Below the pieces are notes generated by a model. It searched no databases, was not told the DNA's origin, and was given only the letters and a program-made list of their open reading frames with translations. The position numbers and the translations under genes are program-made. Below, one piece after another: positions 56,118 to 64,000 of a DNA stretch of 64,000 bases (the first letter of the stretch is position 1; each line of letters opens with the position of its first letter). This DNA comes from Ruminiclostridium sp. (GTDB lineage: Bacteria; Bacillota; Clostridia; Oscillospirales; Ruminococcaceae): NCBI GenBank assembly GCA_016282095.1, contig JAEEJW010000013.1:15411-79410 (forward strand), in the 5' to 3' direction.

Positions 56118-57232
56118 CAGTCTGTTTCTTCTTCCGGCTCTTCGTCAGCCGGTGCGGCACTGTCCTTGTAGACGACATCAGGAACTCCGGAATCATCTTC
56201 TTCGGACTTGGCTGACTTTTTCTTCGCACTGCCGCGCCTGGACTTTTCCGCGGCCTGGTCGCGTATCATATCCTTGATATCCTTGTCGCGGTATTTGCCT
56301 TTGCCGAGCTGCTCCACCATCTTGAGCTGCGTCATTACGCTGGCATCGGTGATCTCCGAGCCGTCGTCCACCAGCAGAGTTCCGGCAGGCGCGTCCTCCA
56401 GTATCTCCACATCAACGTGCTCACAGCTCCTGAATACATCTTTAAGAAGCTGTTCGTCTATCTCGGCTTCTTCCGACACGTCCAGTTTCGAGAGTGTCAG
56501 CTTCACATACTTGCTTGCCTTGTATTTCTTTCCCGCCTCGCGTATCATGCGGGTTATGACAGCTTTGTCCTTCTGTCCGAGCGCACCTATGGTGACTTTC
56601 TGACAGATATCAAATATGGTATCGAACAGCTGCCGCTCGTACTGCATCATTATGTCGGTCTTTTCGGCGGTTATCTGCTCAGCTGTGGCTTTCAGCTCAA
56701 CGAGGCTCTCCTTGCACTTTTTCAGTGCCTTCAGATAGCCCTCGTCATAGCCCTGCTTGACTCCCTCTTCATAGCCCTGCTGCTTTGAGGTCTCAGCGAG
56801 GCGTTTTGCGTTCTCCTCCGCCTGTTTTCTTATATTGTCGGCCTCGGTGCGTGCTTCGAGCACAGTTTCCTCGGCCATTTTCTTTGTCTTGTCGTAAATC
56901 TCGGTAGCCTTTTCCTTGGCATGAATGACGAACTGCTCAGCCTCATGCTCGTATTTCGAGCGGATAGCCTCATACTCGGCGATCAGCTTCTCACGCTCAA
57001 CGCGCGCTTCCTCTGCCGAAACGGTCTCGCCGCTGTCGGAGCCGCCGTTCTCCTGCTCGTCGTCCTCTGCCAGCAGAGCCTCGACGGCCTTTTCGGCATC
57101 GGAGAGCTGTGCCTGTGAAGGCTTCTTCTCCGGCCGCTTGCCGTAGACGGTCTTCATCACAGGCTCGTCGGTATCAAAATTATTCACATAGACGTATGTG
57201 GTCGTCCTGCCTTTGATGACGCCGCCTGCCAT
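56117..57232 (-). CDS. fliH: flagellar assembly protein FliH (extended)
   Basis: Position between fliG and fliI. It has a coiled-coil E/K-rich region, a GYEEGVKQGYDEGY motif, and a FliH C-domain (GTLLVDDGSEITDASVMTQL), plus extra N- and C-terminal charged extensions. Confidence 0.7.
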   Translation of the reverse strand: MAGGVIKGRTTTYVYVNNFDTDEPVMKTVYGKRPEKKPSQAQLSDAEKAVEALLAEDDEQENGGSDSGETVSAEEARVEREKLIAEYEAIRSKYEHEAEQFVIHAKEKATEIYDKTKKMAEETVLEARTEADNIRKQAEENAKRLAETSKQQGYEEGVKQGYDEGYLKALKKCKESLVELKATAEQITAEKTDIMMQYERQLFDTIFDICQKVTIGALGQKDKAVITRMIREAGKKYKASKYVKLTLSKLDVSEEAEIDEQLLKDVFRSCEHVDVEILEDAPAGTLLVDDGSEITDASVMTQLKMVEQLGKGKYRDKDIKDMIRDQAAEKSRRGSAKKKSAKSEEDDSGVPDVVYKDSAAPADEEPEEETD

Positions 57233-57253
57233 AGCGACCCTCCTTGCCTGCCG

Positions 57254-58291
57254 TTATGCTATTATCTCGTCGTCGCCGCCCTTGGAGATCGTGAGCTTGC
57301 CCTCGTCCTCAAGACGGCGTATGATAGCAACGATACGCTGCTGTGCTTCCTCGACGTCACGCATACGCACATTGTGCAGATACTCAACGTCGGTCTGTGT
57401 GGATTCCTTGTTTCTGGAGGACATATTCGCGTAGATGACCTCCGCGACCTCGGCTGTTGAGCCTTTGATAGCAACGGCGAGATCCTTCGGATCGACTTCG
57501 GTGATGAACGCCTGTATCGACATGGAGTCGAGACCGACGATATCTTCGAACACGAACATCTTCGAGCGTATCTCGTCAGCCAGCTTCGGATCACGCAGAT
57601 TGAGCTCGTCGAATATGAACTTTTCGGTGGAACGATCCACCTTGTTGAGTACGTCCGCTATGTAGTTTACGCCGCCGACTTCCATGCTTTCAGTGGTGAC
57701 TATGTTTGCAAATTTCTTTTCCAGTGTGTTTTCAAGGCTCTTGATAACGTCCGGGGACGCTGATTCCATTTTCGCGATACGCTCCACGACCTCGATACGC
57801 ATTTCCTTGGGAAGCTCCGCAAGTATAGCCGATGCCTGATCGCTCCTTGCGTAGGACAGTATCAGAGCTATGGTCTGCGGATGCTCGTTCTGCACTATCG
57901 CAAGCAGGTTCTTATAGTCCGCCTTGCGCACGAAGGCGAAGGATTTGGACTTGAGCTGTTTGGTTATCTTATCGAACAGCGTCGCTGCTGTCTGGGGGCC
58001 GAATGCCTTTTCCAGTATTTCCTTGGCGTAGTCTATACCGCCCTCGGAAATTACCTTCTGTGTCAGGCAGACTTCATAGAAGTCATTGAGCACGTCGGAG
58101 ACGATCTCCGCCGGCCAGTAATCCATCTTGGCGACTTCAAGGGTGATCTTCTCGATTTCATCCTCGCTGAAATATTTGAATACCTTTGACGCGTTCTCCG
58201 TACCTATGGCGGATATTACCATAGCTGCTTTCTGCACCATTGTGACATCCGCAATGGATCTGGGTATAGGACTCTGGAGCTCTTCAGCCAC
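57254..58291 (-). CDS. fliG: flagellar motor switch protein FliG
   Basis: 345 aa with a typical FliG sequence (MFVFEDI, EVAEVIYANMSSR). Confidence 0.9.
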   Translation of the reverse strand: MAEELQSPIPRSIADVTMVQKAAMVISAIGTENASKVFKYFSEDEIEKITLEVAKMDYWPAEIVSDVLNDFYEVCLTQKVISEGGIDYAKEILEKAFGPQTAATLFDKITKQLKSKSFAFVRKADYKNLLAIVQNEHPQTIALILSYARSDQASAILAELPKEMRIEVVERIAKMESASPDVIKSLENTLEKKFANIVTTESMEVGGVNYIADVLNKVDRSTEKFIFDELNLRDPKLADEIRSKMFVFEDIVGLDSMSIQAFITEVDPKDLAVAIKGSTAEVAEVIYANMSSRNKESTQTDVEYLHNVRMRDVEEAQQRIVAIIRRLEDEGKLTISKGGDDEIIA

Positions 58292-58319
58292 AGGGATTCA
58301 CTCCTTCCGGTAAGTTTGT

Positions 58320-60008
58320 TTACTGGTCTTCGCCCTTCATCCATGTACGGATAAGCTGGGCAACGATCTCGGGATTGCTTGTGGAGAAGTCGCGAATCTC
58401 CTTCTTGAGGAGAGCGTCGCGGGACATCTCGTTCTCATCGCCCGAGAGACTCTGTATATCGTAATCGTAATCTTCGTCCGGCGGTGCCGATGCTCTTTTT
58501 TCCATTTCTTCCTCGCCGTAAGCTATCGAGCCTGCCACAGCGGGGCCGTGTCCGGCGGCTGCGATAGCGGCAGCACGCCTTGCTTTTATGCGTTTCTTGT
58601 TCGAGCCCGCTGCCAGAAGCGCCACTACAAGCAGCGCGATAAGCAGTATACCCAGCGCGATGATGATGAATACGAGCGTATTCCTGTTGCCCTGTACCAC
58701 CACTGAGCCGTCTCCTGCCGAGCCGCCATCCGTTCTGTCAAGTCTGAAGTTCATCGCCATGAACGACACCTTATCGGAATTCGTACCGATAGCCGTCGCG
58801 ATGAATTTCTCCCAGCGCTCTCTTTCGACTTCATTGAACTTCTCCGCATCATCGTCCACAATTACAGAAGCGGAGATATTGTCGTAGCTGTAGCCGTCTT
58901 TTTCTATCTGCGTTATCTCTTCATTGACAAGAAAATGTATCTTCTTCTGGGTTTCATAGTAGAACTCGTCGCCGTCGCCGATACGAAGCGTCGGATAGTC
59001 CGGTGATATATCCGCGTCCACCGTGGTTCCGACGAGTCCGCCTTCTTCGGCGTTGCCGCCGCCCGCGGAAACATACTCCACATCCTGTATCATACCGCCC
59101 TGATTGCCCTCGGATTCAACGGACGGGGTGTACTCGGTTATCTGCTTGACCGTCGGGTCGTAGTTGAGCTGCACATTTACGGCGACTCTGTAATCATTGA
59201 ACGCACCGCCGAACAGCTCACCGAGTTTTTCGTCGAGTATCTTTGCTATCTTGTTCTGAAAATCGAGGCGTCTGTAATACAGTGCAACTTCGTCCTCGTC
59301 GTCCATACTCTTGACTATAGTATCGGCTGTGAGCACCGTGCCCGAACTGTCGGTGACGGTGATATTCTCCTCCTTGAGGCCTCTTACCGATCTTCTTACG
59401 AGATTATATACGCCCTCAACAGCCTCCGCTGTCAGCGCATGATCGAGCTGGAGCATTACCGAAGCACTCGCCTCGTCACGCTCATCAGAAATGACATAAT
59501 TCTGCGTTTCGGGTATATTGAGTATTACTATGGCGGAATGTATGCCGTCTATCATGGAAAGCGTGGCGCGCAGATTCTCCTGGAGCTGCTGCTTCTGCTT
59601 CTCGCGCTTGTCGGATTCCGTGGAGAACAGACCTACGCCCTCGTCCCATATATTATAGTTGAAAGTCTGCTTCGGGTAGCCCTGTACGGCAAGCTGGGCG
59701 CGCAGCGTCTCGACTCTGTTCGCCGGCACCATGATCTCACCGGTCGCAACATTCACGCGCACATCCGCTTCCGCCACACCGAGATTATTTTCAAGTACGG
59801 TTATGATCTCCGTCATCTCGGTCTCGGTGGCACCGGTATACAGCACCGCGTATCTTGTGATCGAATTTATGACGATGAGCGTTATCAGCGATACTACTAT
59901 CACCGACGCCACTGCGATAATGATTATCCTTATCGTTTTGCTGAAGGCCTGCCAGCGGGCTTTTATCGCCGCCGTGACCTTCCCGAGTATTTCCTTGACT
60001 TTATCCAT
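58320..60008 (-). CDS. fliF: flagellar M-ring protein FliF
   Basis: 562 aa with an N-terminal TM helix, a YscJ/FliF ring domain, a second TM helix and a charged C-terminus. Confidence 0.85.
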   Translation of the reverse strand: MDKVKEILGKVTAAIKARWQAFSKTIRIIIIAVASVIVVSLITLIVINSITRYAVLYTGATETEMTEIITVLENNLGVAEADVRVNVATGEIMVPANRVETLRAQLAVQGYPKQTFNYNIWDEGVGLFSTESDKREKQKQQLQENLRATLSMIDGIHSAIVILNIPETQNYVISDERDEASASVMLQLDHALTAEAVEGVYNLVRRSVRGLKEENITVTDSSGTVLTADTIVKSMDDEDEVALYYRRLDFQNKIAKILDEKLGELFGGAFNDYRVAVNVQLNYDPTVKQITEYTPSVESEGNQGGMIQDVEYVSAGGGNAEEGGLVGTTVDADISPDYPTLRIGDGDEFYYETQKKIHFLVNEEITQIEKDGYSYDNISASVIVDDDAEKFNEVERERWEKFIATAIGTNSDKVSFMAMNFRLDRTDGGSAGDGSVVVQGNRNTLVFIIIALGILLIALLVVALLAAGSNKKRIKARRAAAIAAAGHGPAVAGSIAYGEEEMEKRASAPPDEDYDYDIQSLSGDENEMSRDALLKKEIRDFSTSNPEIVAQLIRTWMKGEDQ

Positions 60009-60072
60009 TTATGTACAGCCCCTTCGGGCGTCACTCCTTCATTTACGCGTCCTGCCGGATTATGCGATTTCC

Positions 60073-60408
60073 TTAAATGCTCATTCTCATTATTTCGTTG
60101 TAAGCGTCAACGACCGCGTTTTTTACATTAACAAGCAGCTCGGTGGCTATCTCGGCTTTTGCAATATTCATCTGCATCCGCTCAAGACTCTCCGTATCTC
60201 CGAGCATCAGGTTCACCATATCTTCGCTTTTCTGTGCCTGGGCATCGGCTGCCTGATTCCACAGCCCCGTCAGCGCATCAAGAAAAGTCCCGGTCTCCGG
60301 GAACTCTCCGGGCTTCTCCGTCCCGGAAGTCACGGGAGCCGGCGTATTGAACGCCTTATCCACCGCGGGTATCGTGTGGATATTCGGCGACATCGGTATT
60401 ATCTGCAT
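60073..60408 (-). CDS. fliE: flagellar hook-basal body complex protein FliE
   Basis: 111 aa with C-terminal VKNAVVDAYNEIMRMSI. Confidence 0.75.
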   Translation of the reverse strand: MQIIPMSPNIHTIPAVDKAFNTPAPVTSGTEKPGEFPETGTFLDALTGLWNQAADAQAQKSEDMVNLMLGDTESLERMQMNIAKAEIATELLVNVKNAVVDAYNEIMRMSI

Positions 60409-60423
60409 AAGCGTTTACTCCTC

Positions 60424-60930
60424 TTAACTGTTCTGGCCTATGGTCAGAGCCTTGTTCGCAAGAGATTTCAGGCTGTTGAATATCGTAAGATTCGCACTGT
60501 AGGACTGGGTCGCGGCCAGCATATCTATCTGTTCCTCCGCCACATCGACATTCGGCAGATAGTAGTAGCCGTCCTCATCGGCATCGGGGTGCGAAGGGTC
60601 ATAAACAGGCGTCGGAGGCGTCGGGTCCTCTACTATCTGCGTCAGCAGCACACCGCTCATAGTCTGCTGTCTGTCGCGTCCCGCGAGGCCGCGCAGGGAT
60701 TCGAGATGCTTGCCGAGCACTGTGCGGAACTCTATCGCGCCGGGTCTGGCTTCACCGGGACGATAGTAGGACTTGTTCTCCGTGAACACCACGTTCTGGC
60801 GCACATAAGGACCGCCGTTCGCTGTACGGGTCGTATCCGCATTGGCCACGTTCTGGGCTATGACATCGGCGCGGGCGCGCTCGGCTATCATTCCGGAGAC
60901 TGCTATATCGAGATTGCTCAAAAATGCCAT
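60424..60930 (-). CDS. flgC: flagellar basal-body rod protein FlgC
   Basis: SGMIAERARADVIAQNVANADTTRT and a C-terminal rod motif. Confidence 0.9.
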   Translation of the reverse strand: MAFLSNLDIAVSGMIAERARADVIAQNVANADTTRTANGGPYVRQNVVFTENKSYYRPGEARPGAIEFRTVLGKHLESLRGLAGRDRQQTMSGVLLTQIVEDPTPPTPVYDPSHPDADEDGYYYLPNVDVAEEQIDMLAATQSYSANLTIFNSLKSLANKALTIGQNS

Positions 60931-60946
60931 TTACGCTTCCTCCTTA

Positions 60947-61333
60947 TCAGCTCTTGCGCATCGCCGTTCTCATCATGGTGAACTCGGCGTTTATCTGATT
61001 TATCAGTGCCTGATACTGCAGGGCGTTCTTTGCAAACAAAGCACTCTGCGTATCGGAATCAACATTGTTGCCGTCAGGCTGATCCTTTGTAGTCTCGTCT
61101 GTATGTATCACCGAGGCAAGCTCAAGGCGTTTCTTTTTCCCCGCCCGCTCCACTGCCGCGGCTTCCTTCTCGTCCATAGTCTCTTTCAGCACGCCCGCGA
61201 AATAAAGATACTTCGCCTTGTAGTCGGGCGTATCGACGTTCGCGATATTCTGTGCTATTATCTGCTGCTGCTTGACCAGCAGATCAAGTCCCTGCTCCGC
61301 GATGCGGAACGAGGTGGTATCGAACAAAGCCAT
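60947..61333 (-). CDS. flgB: flagellar basal-body rod protein FlgB
   Basis: ATG 61333 is 5 nt after GGAGG. Motif: LLVKQQQIIAQNIANVDTPDYKAK. Confidence 0.85.
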   Translation of the reverse strand: MALFDTTSFRIAEQGLDLLVKQQQIIAQNIANVDTPDYKAKYLYFAGVLKETMDEKEAAAVERAGKKKRLELASVIHTDETTKDQPDGNNVDSDTQSALFAKNALQYQALINQINAEFTMMRTAMRKS

Positions 61334-61383
61334 AATGACCTCCGCTTTCGGCAAAACACGACATATTGTGTCACATATAGTAT

Positions 61384-61412
61384 ATTATACTACATATCTT
61401 GATATTTTTCAA
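61384..61412 (-). promoter_or_regulatory. sigma-A promoter of the flgB operon
   Basis: Minus strand reads TTGAAA (61412-61407), 17 nt, TATAAT (61389-61384). A 7-bp inverted repeat ATCTTGA..TCAAGAT overlaps the -35. Confidence 0.55.
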
Positions 61413-61450
61413 GATTTTCCGCCGAATTTCCGTTTAAAATTTTAATGAAA

Positions 61451-62164
61451 TTATTTCCTGTACCTGTCATTCAGCGCCCGCATCGCCTGACGGCGGCGGA
61501 CAGCCTCGGACTCCTTAAAGATGTATTTCTTCGGCTTCGGGAGCTCATCGAAGCGTTTTTTTGCTTCATTCAGCGCATCACACAGTCTCTGCGGCCTGCC
61601 GAACACGGCAGGGAACTCAAGCACCGACAGCTCGGTGAAGGAACGTTGCTCAAGCCACGGTCTGTCAAACTCTATGGCTCCGTTTCGGACATGGTAGCCG
61701 AGGTAGTCACTGTCCATGGCATACTCGCGTATGCGGCCGGTTATGACGATCTTTCTGCCGTTCCGCGAGGGTTCCGCCGACTCAAAATCAGAGAACGGTA
61801 TATAGCAGAGCACTCTCCATACGGCTCTTTCACCGTCGATGTTGTAGGTACCGTCATATCTGCTGAGGACAGCAAATTTCAGCTGGATATCCGCATAGGT
61901 GTACCTGCTGTGCATACGGGTCTTTTTTACCGCGGAAAGCGCCGGGAATACGCAGAAGGCAAGTCCTGCGGCGATGATGACTGCCGCAGCAGCGGGAAGC
62001 TGCCACATCATCACAGGATTCTCCGTACCGAGCAGTCCGAACCAGAACAGCATGAGCAGGATCAGGGCTGCTTCCGCGGCGAATGAGCCTACAAGCACCG
62101 CATTCCCTACCGCTCTTCGTCCGAACCGGGAGGTCACGCAGTGAAAATATGAACGCATACGCAC
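61451..62164 (-). CDS. hypothetical membrane protein (two TM helices plus soluble C-terminal domain)
   Basis: 237 aa with TM helices around aa 20-45 and 55-80. No motif recognised. Located directly upstream of the flagellar operon promoter. Confidence 0.4.
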   Translation of the reverse strand: MRMRSYFHCVTSRFGRRAVGNAVLVGSFAAEAALILLMLFWFGLLGTENPVMMWQLPAAAAVIIAAGLAFCVFPALSAVKKTRMHSRYTYADIQLKFAVLSRYDGTYNIDGERAVWRVLCYIPFSDFESAEPSRNGRKIVITGRIREYAMDSDYLGYHVRNGAIEFDRPWLEQRSFTELSVLEFPAVFGRPQRLCDALNEAKKRFDELPKPKKYIFKESEAVRRRQAMRALNDRYRK

Positions 62165-62386
62165 CTCCGATTTGTTTTCTCCGGGACATACCTATATATA
62201 ATACCATTATACAATGTTTTCCGGCATTTGTACAGTAAATTTTCAATATTTTTATTCCTTTAAGCAAAATCCACAAATTTTCGTGTCCAAACCACCGTTT
62301 GTACCACTCAAATTTGGTTATTTTGACAAATGCTATGTTACTTATGACGGTTTTTTCCTCGTTTAAAAAAAAATCTCGCTGCGCTA

Positions 62387-62416
62387 TTGACTTTTTTGTG
62401 CATTTTAATGTATAAT
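62387..62416 (+). promoter_or_regulatory. sigma-A promoter of the PilZ gene
   Basis: TTGACT (62387-62392), 18 nt, TATAAT (62411-62416) preceded by TG. Confidence 0.5.
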
Positions 62417-62547
62417 TAATAATAAGTGATTATGCCCCACAGAAAGGGTGATCTGTATCCGCGGTAATTGTCCGCACGGATGCGGGTATCCTTTTTTGCG
62501 GCAAAATCTGCCTTTTATTCCACGCCCATTGAAAGGAGGCGATGCGT

Positions 62548-63261
62548 ATGCTGGACCAGAGCGGCATTGTGAGCGTTCGTGTGACCGGACTTGACGGCAA
62601 GCTCATTCTCGAGGTCGACAGCGAACGCTTCTCCTTCCCGAAAATGTTCGTAAACAATATCCCGGTCAACAATATAATGATGATAAAGGGCAAGGATATG
62701 CCCGAATTCGATGCCGATACAGGCGTGTATGTGATAGCGAATATGCGCAACGGAGACCGGATACGGTATATGGGCAGGATAAAGATGTCACTTGACTACC
62801 AGCTCAATATACAGATCCGCGACGAGTACGGCACGATAATGGAAGAACGGCGCAGGTTCTTCAAGGTACGCTCAAATCTGCGCTGTGTGATAAGCGGTCA
62901 TGAACGTGAGGGCACGGTATATGAGTACGATGTCCCCGTAATGAGCGTGATAAAAAACGTCAGCATCGGCGGTGTGTTCATTGAAGGCACCGACCCGCCC
63001 TACCGCAAGGACGATATACTGCTGCTGAACTTCATGGTGCGCGGTGAACTGGTCGGCGCGGTCGTAAGAGTGCTTCGGCTGCAGCTCCTGATAGACGGCA
63101 CGCTTGAAGGCTACGGCTGCGAGTTCATCAACGTCGATCAGAAAATGGAGGGACAGCTCGCAAAGCTCGTCAACGATATCCAGATCGAACAGCGGCAGGA
63201 GCAGCTCGAACGTGACTTCCGGCGCCGCGAAGCTAAAAAGCGCATCAAGGGCAGCGGATAG
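62548..63261 (+). CDS. PilZ-domain c-di-GMP receptor (YcgR/MotI-like size and architecture)
   Basis: ATG 62548 is 8 nt after GGAGG. PilZ motifs are RRRFFKVR (an RRxxxK variant of RRxxxR) and NVSIGG (NxSxxG). An N-terminal beta-rich domain precedes them. Confidence 0.65.
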   Translation: MLDQSGIVSVRVTGLDGKLILEVDSERFSFPKMFVNNIPVNNIMMIKGKDMPEFDADTGVYVIANMRNGDRIRYMGRIKMSLDYQLNIQIRDEYGTIMEERRRFFKVRSNLRCVISGHEREGTVYEYDVPVMSVIKNVSIGGVFIEGTDPPYRKDDILLLNFMVRGELVGAVVRVLRLQLLIDGTLEGYGCEFINVDQKMEGQLAKLVNDIQIEQRQEQLERDFRRREAKKRIKGSG

Positions 63262-63340
63262 GCGATCCGCATATACGATTATGTAAATTATACGGCTCCG
63301 TGCCGTTAAATAATTTAAGGTTAGGAATGGTATTAAATCT

Positions 63341-64000
63341 ATGAATATCAAGGTCAAAACAGCCCTCAGGGTCATACTTATCGGTACAACGGTGCTTCCG
63401 CTGATAGTGGTCGCAATCGTTGCTGCTCTCCAGATCTTCGGATTCTCAAAGACGATGATCGGTGAAGAAGCCGCCACATCGGGTGCGGCACTCAGCGCAG
63501 GCGTGACAAACATCACACAGAGCTATGTCGATGCAGCAAGATCGCTGGCAGGAATGGACTTCGTCAACAGCTCCATAAAGAACCTCAACGGCGTAAAGTC
63601 CGATCTGGACAACGTTGCAGGCGTTATGAAGAAGAGCAGGAACGTCCTCGATATAGCCGTTATCGACAGCGAAGGCAGGCTCATCTACAGTTCCAAGGGT
63701 TCCGCAGGCAGCACTTTCTTTGCTTACAACGACAAATGGAGCCCCTCAAAGAGCGCATTCGTAACAAAGTTCTACAAGAACGAAACAACTTACGGCACGA
63801 ACCTGTTCGTGGCAGCTGCTCCGCTGACCGGTGCAGACAACGGCTATGTGGCTCTCGTGGTCGATGTTGCCGAGCTTACCGCTACCCTGCAGAACAGCAA
63901 GTTCCTCGATTACGGTACCCTCGTGGTTGCGGACGCTGACTCCGTGCTCAATTTCAATGATGCCGAGATCTCCGAGAGCTCCGCTATCTCCGGGCTCGTT
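63341..64000 (+). CDS. membrane sensor with extracellular Cache-like domain, 3'-truncated by window edge (probably a chemoreceptor or other signalling protein)
   Basis: Translated by hand: MNIKVKTALRVILIGTTVLPLIVVAIVAALQIF.., and the frame stays open to nt 64000. It has a TM helix followed by a Cache-like pattern (VIDSEGRLIYSS.., YVALVVDV). It is absent from the ORF track because no stop is reached. Confidence 0.6.
   Translation, partial: MNIKVKTALRVILIGTTVLPLIVVAIVAALQIFGFSKTMIGEEAATSGAALSAGVTNITQSYVDAARSLAGMDFVNSSIKNLNGVKSDLDNVAGVMKKSRNVLDIAVIDSEGRLIYSSKGSAGSTFFAYNDKWSPSKSAFVTKFYKNETTYGTNLFVAAAPLTGADNGYVALVVDVAELTATLQNSKFLDYGTLVVADADSVLNFNDAEISESSAISGLV

Noticed and set aside
62417-62547. 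c-di-GMP riboswitch (GEMM-I/II) in leaders of the PilZ, pilin or LRR genes.
   Set aside because: I could not find the conserved GEMM features (for example the GCAAA-containing tetraloop-receptor arrangement or the ACGCACA..GGGC cores) by eye. Only generic hairpins are present. This needs cmscan to exclude formally.
63284-63309. Second sigma-28-type promoter (TAAA-N14-GCCGTTAA) upstream of the Cache-sensor gene.
   Set aside because: It has two mismatches in the -10 element and a spacer one nucleotide short. It is plausible for a chemoreceptor gene but not strong enough to list as a feature.
1-64000. Defence islands, prophage, integrative elements, toxin-antitoxin pairs, retrons, DGRs.
   Set aside because: No integrase, transposase, recombinase, reverse transcriptase, restriction/modification, Cas, phage structural or small paired toxin-antitoxin genes were recognisable in any frame. 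The only mobile-looking DNA is the non-autonomous repeat family.

Overview
This is a 64-kb chromosomal window from a moderately GC-rich, spore-forming, flagellated Firmicute. The taxon is inferred from gene content only: Clostridia, possibly Oscillospiraceae/Ruminococcaceae-like. I can support about 62 protein genes, one RNase P RNA (rnpB) and one tRNA-Gln(CTG). Gene order along the window: iorA(partial)-iorB-paaK, then rnpB. Next come an SH3 surface protein, a DUF3810 protein and four tandem type IV pilin-like genes with no assembly genes nearby. These are followed by dgt, a sugar-binding-domain GGDEF cyclase, comEB, copZ-like, smpB, a GNAT, cotJABC, spoIVB and a nucleoside phosphorylase. A small DUF1540 gene that is missing from the ORF track follows. 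After it come an EAL phosphodiesterase fused to a beta-solenoid-like repeat region, rpiR-like, cdaA-cdaR and spoIIGA-sigE. An acidic orphan gene sits behind a consensus SigD-type promoter. A REC-GGDEF-REC-HD-GYP regulator is translationally coupled to a hybrid histidine kinase. The second half holds xth, a HIT protein, nrdR, DUF2752/DUF4234 proteins, secDF, purB, tRNA-Gln and comEC. A MetY/TusA/thioredoxin/ThiS-like/ThiF-like/JAMM sulfur-carrier cluster follows, then alaS and an amidohydrolase. An AT-rich islet carries a BspA-type LRR protein behind a long structured leader. The window ends with flgB-flgC-fliE-fliF-fliG-fliH-fliI-fliJ, a PilZ protein and a partial Cache-domain sensor. I found no CRISPR array, transposase, integrase, phage gene or recognisable defence system. 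The observations most worth a second look are listed here. (1) A MITE-like repeat family with at least six copies sits in gene 3' ends. (2) A promoter-proximal structured RNA with competing terminator/antiterminator helices lies upstream of the LRR gene. (3) An uncharacterised acidic protein is driven by a perfect SigD-type promoter. (4) A protein-thiocarboxylate (HcyS-like) sulfur-carrier cluster contains a repeat-rich structured spacer. (5) The window is unusually dense in c-di-GMP genes, including novel-looking domain fusions, next to the pilin and flagellar loci. All functional calls rest on motif recognition by eye, with no database search.
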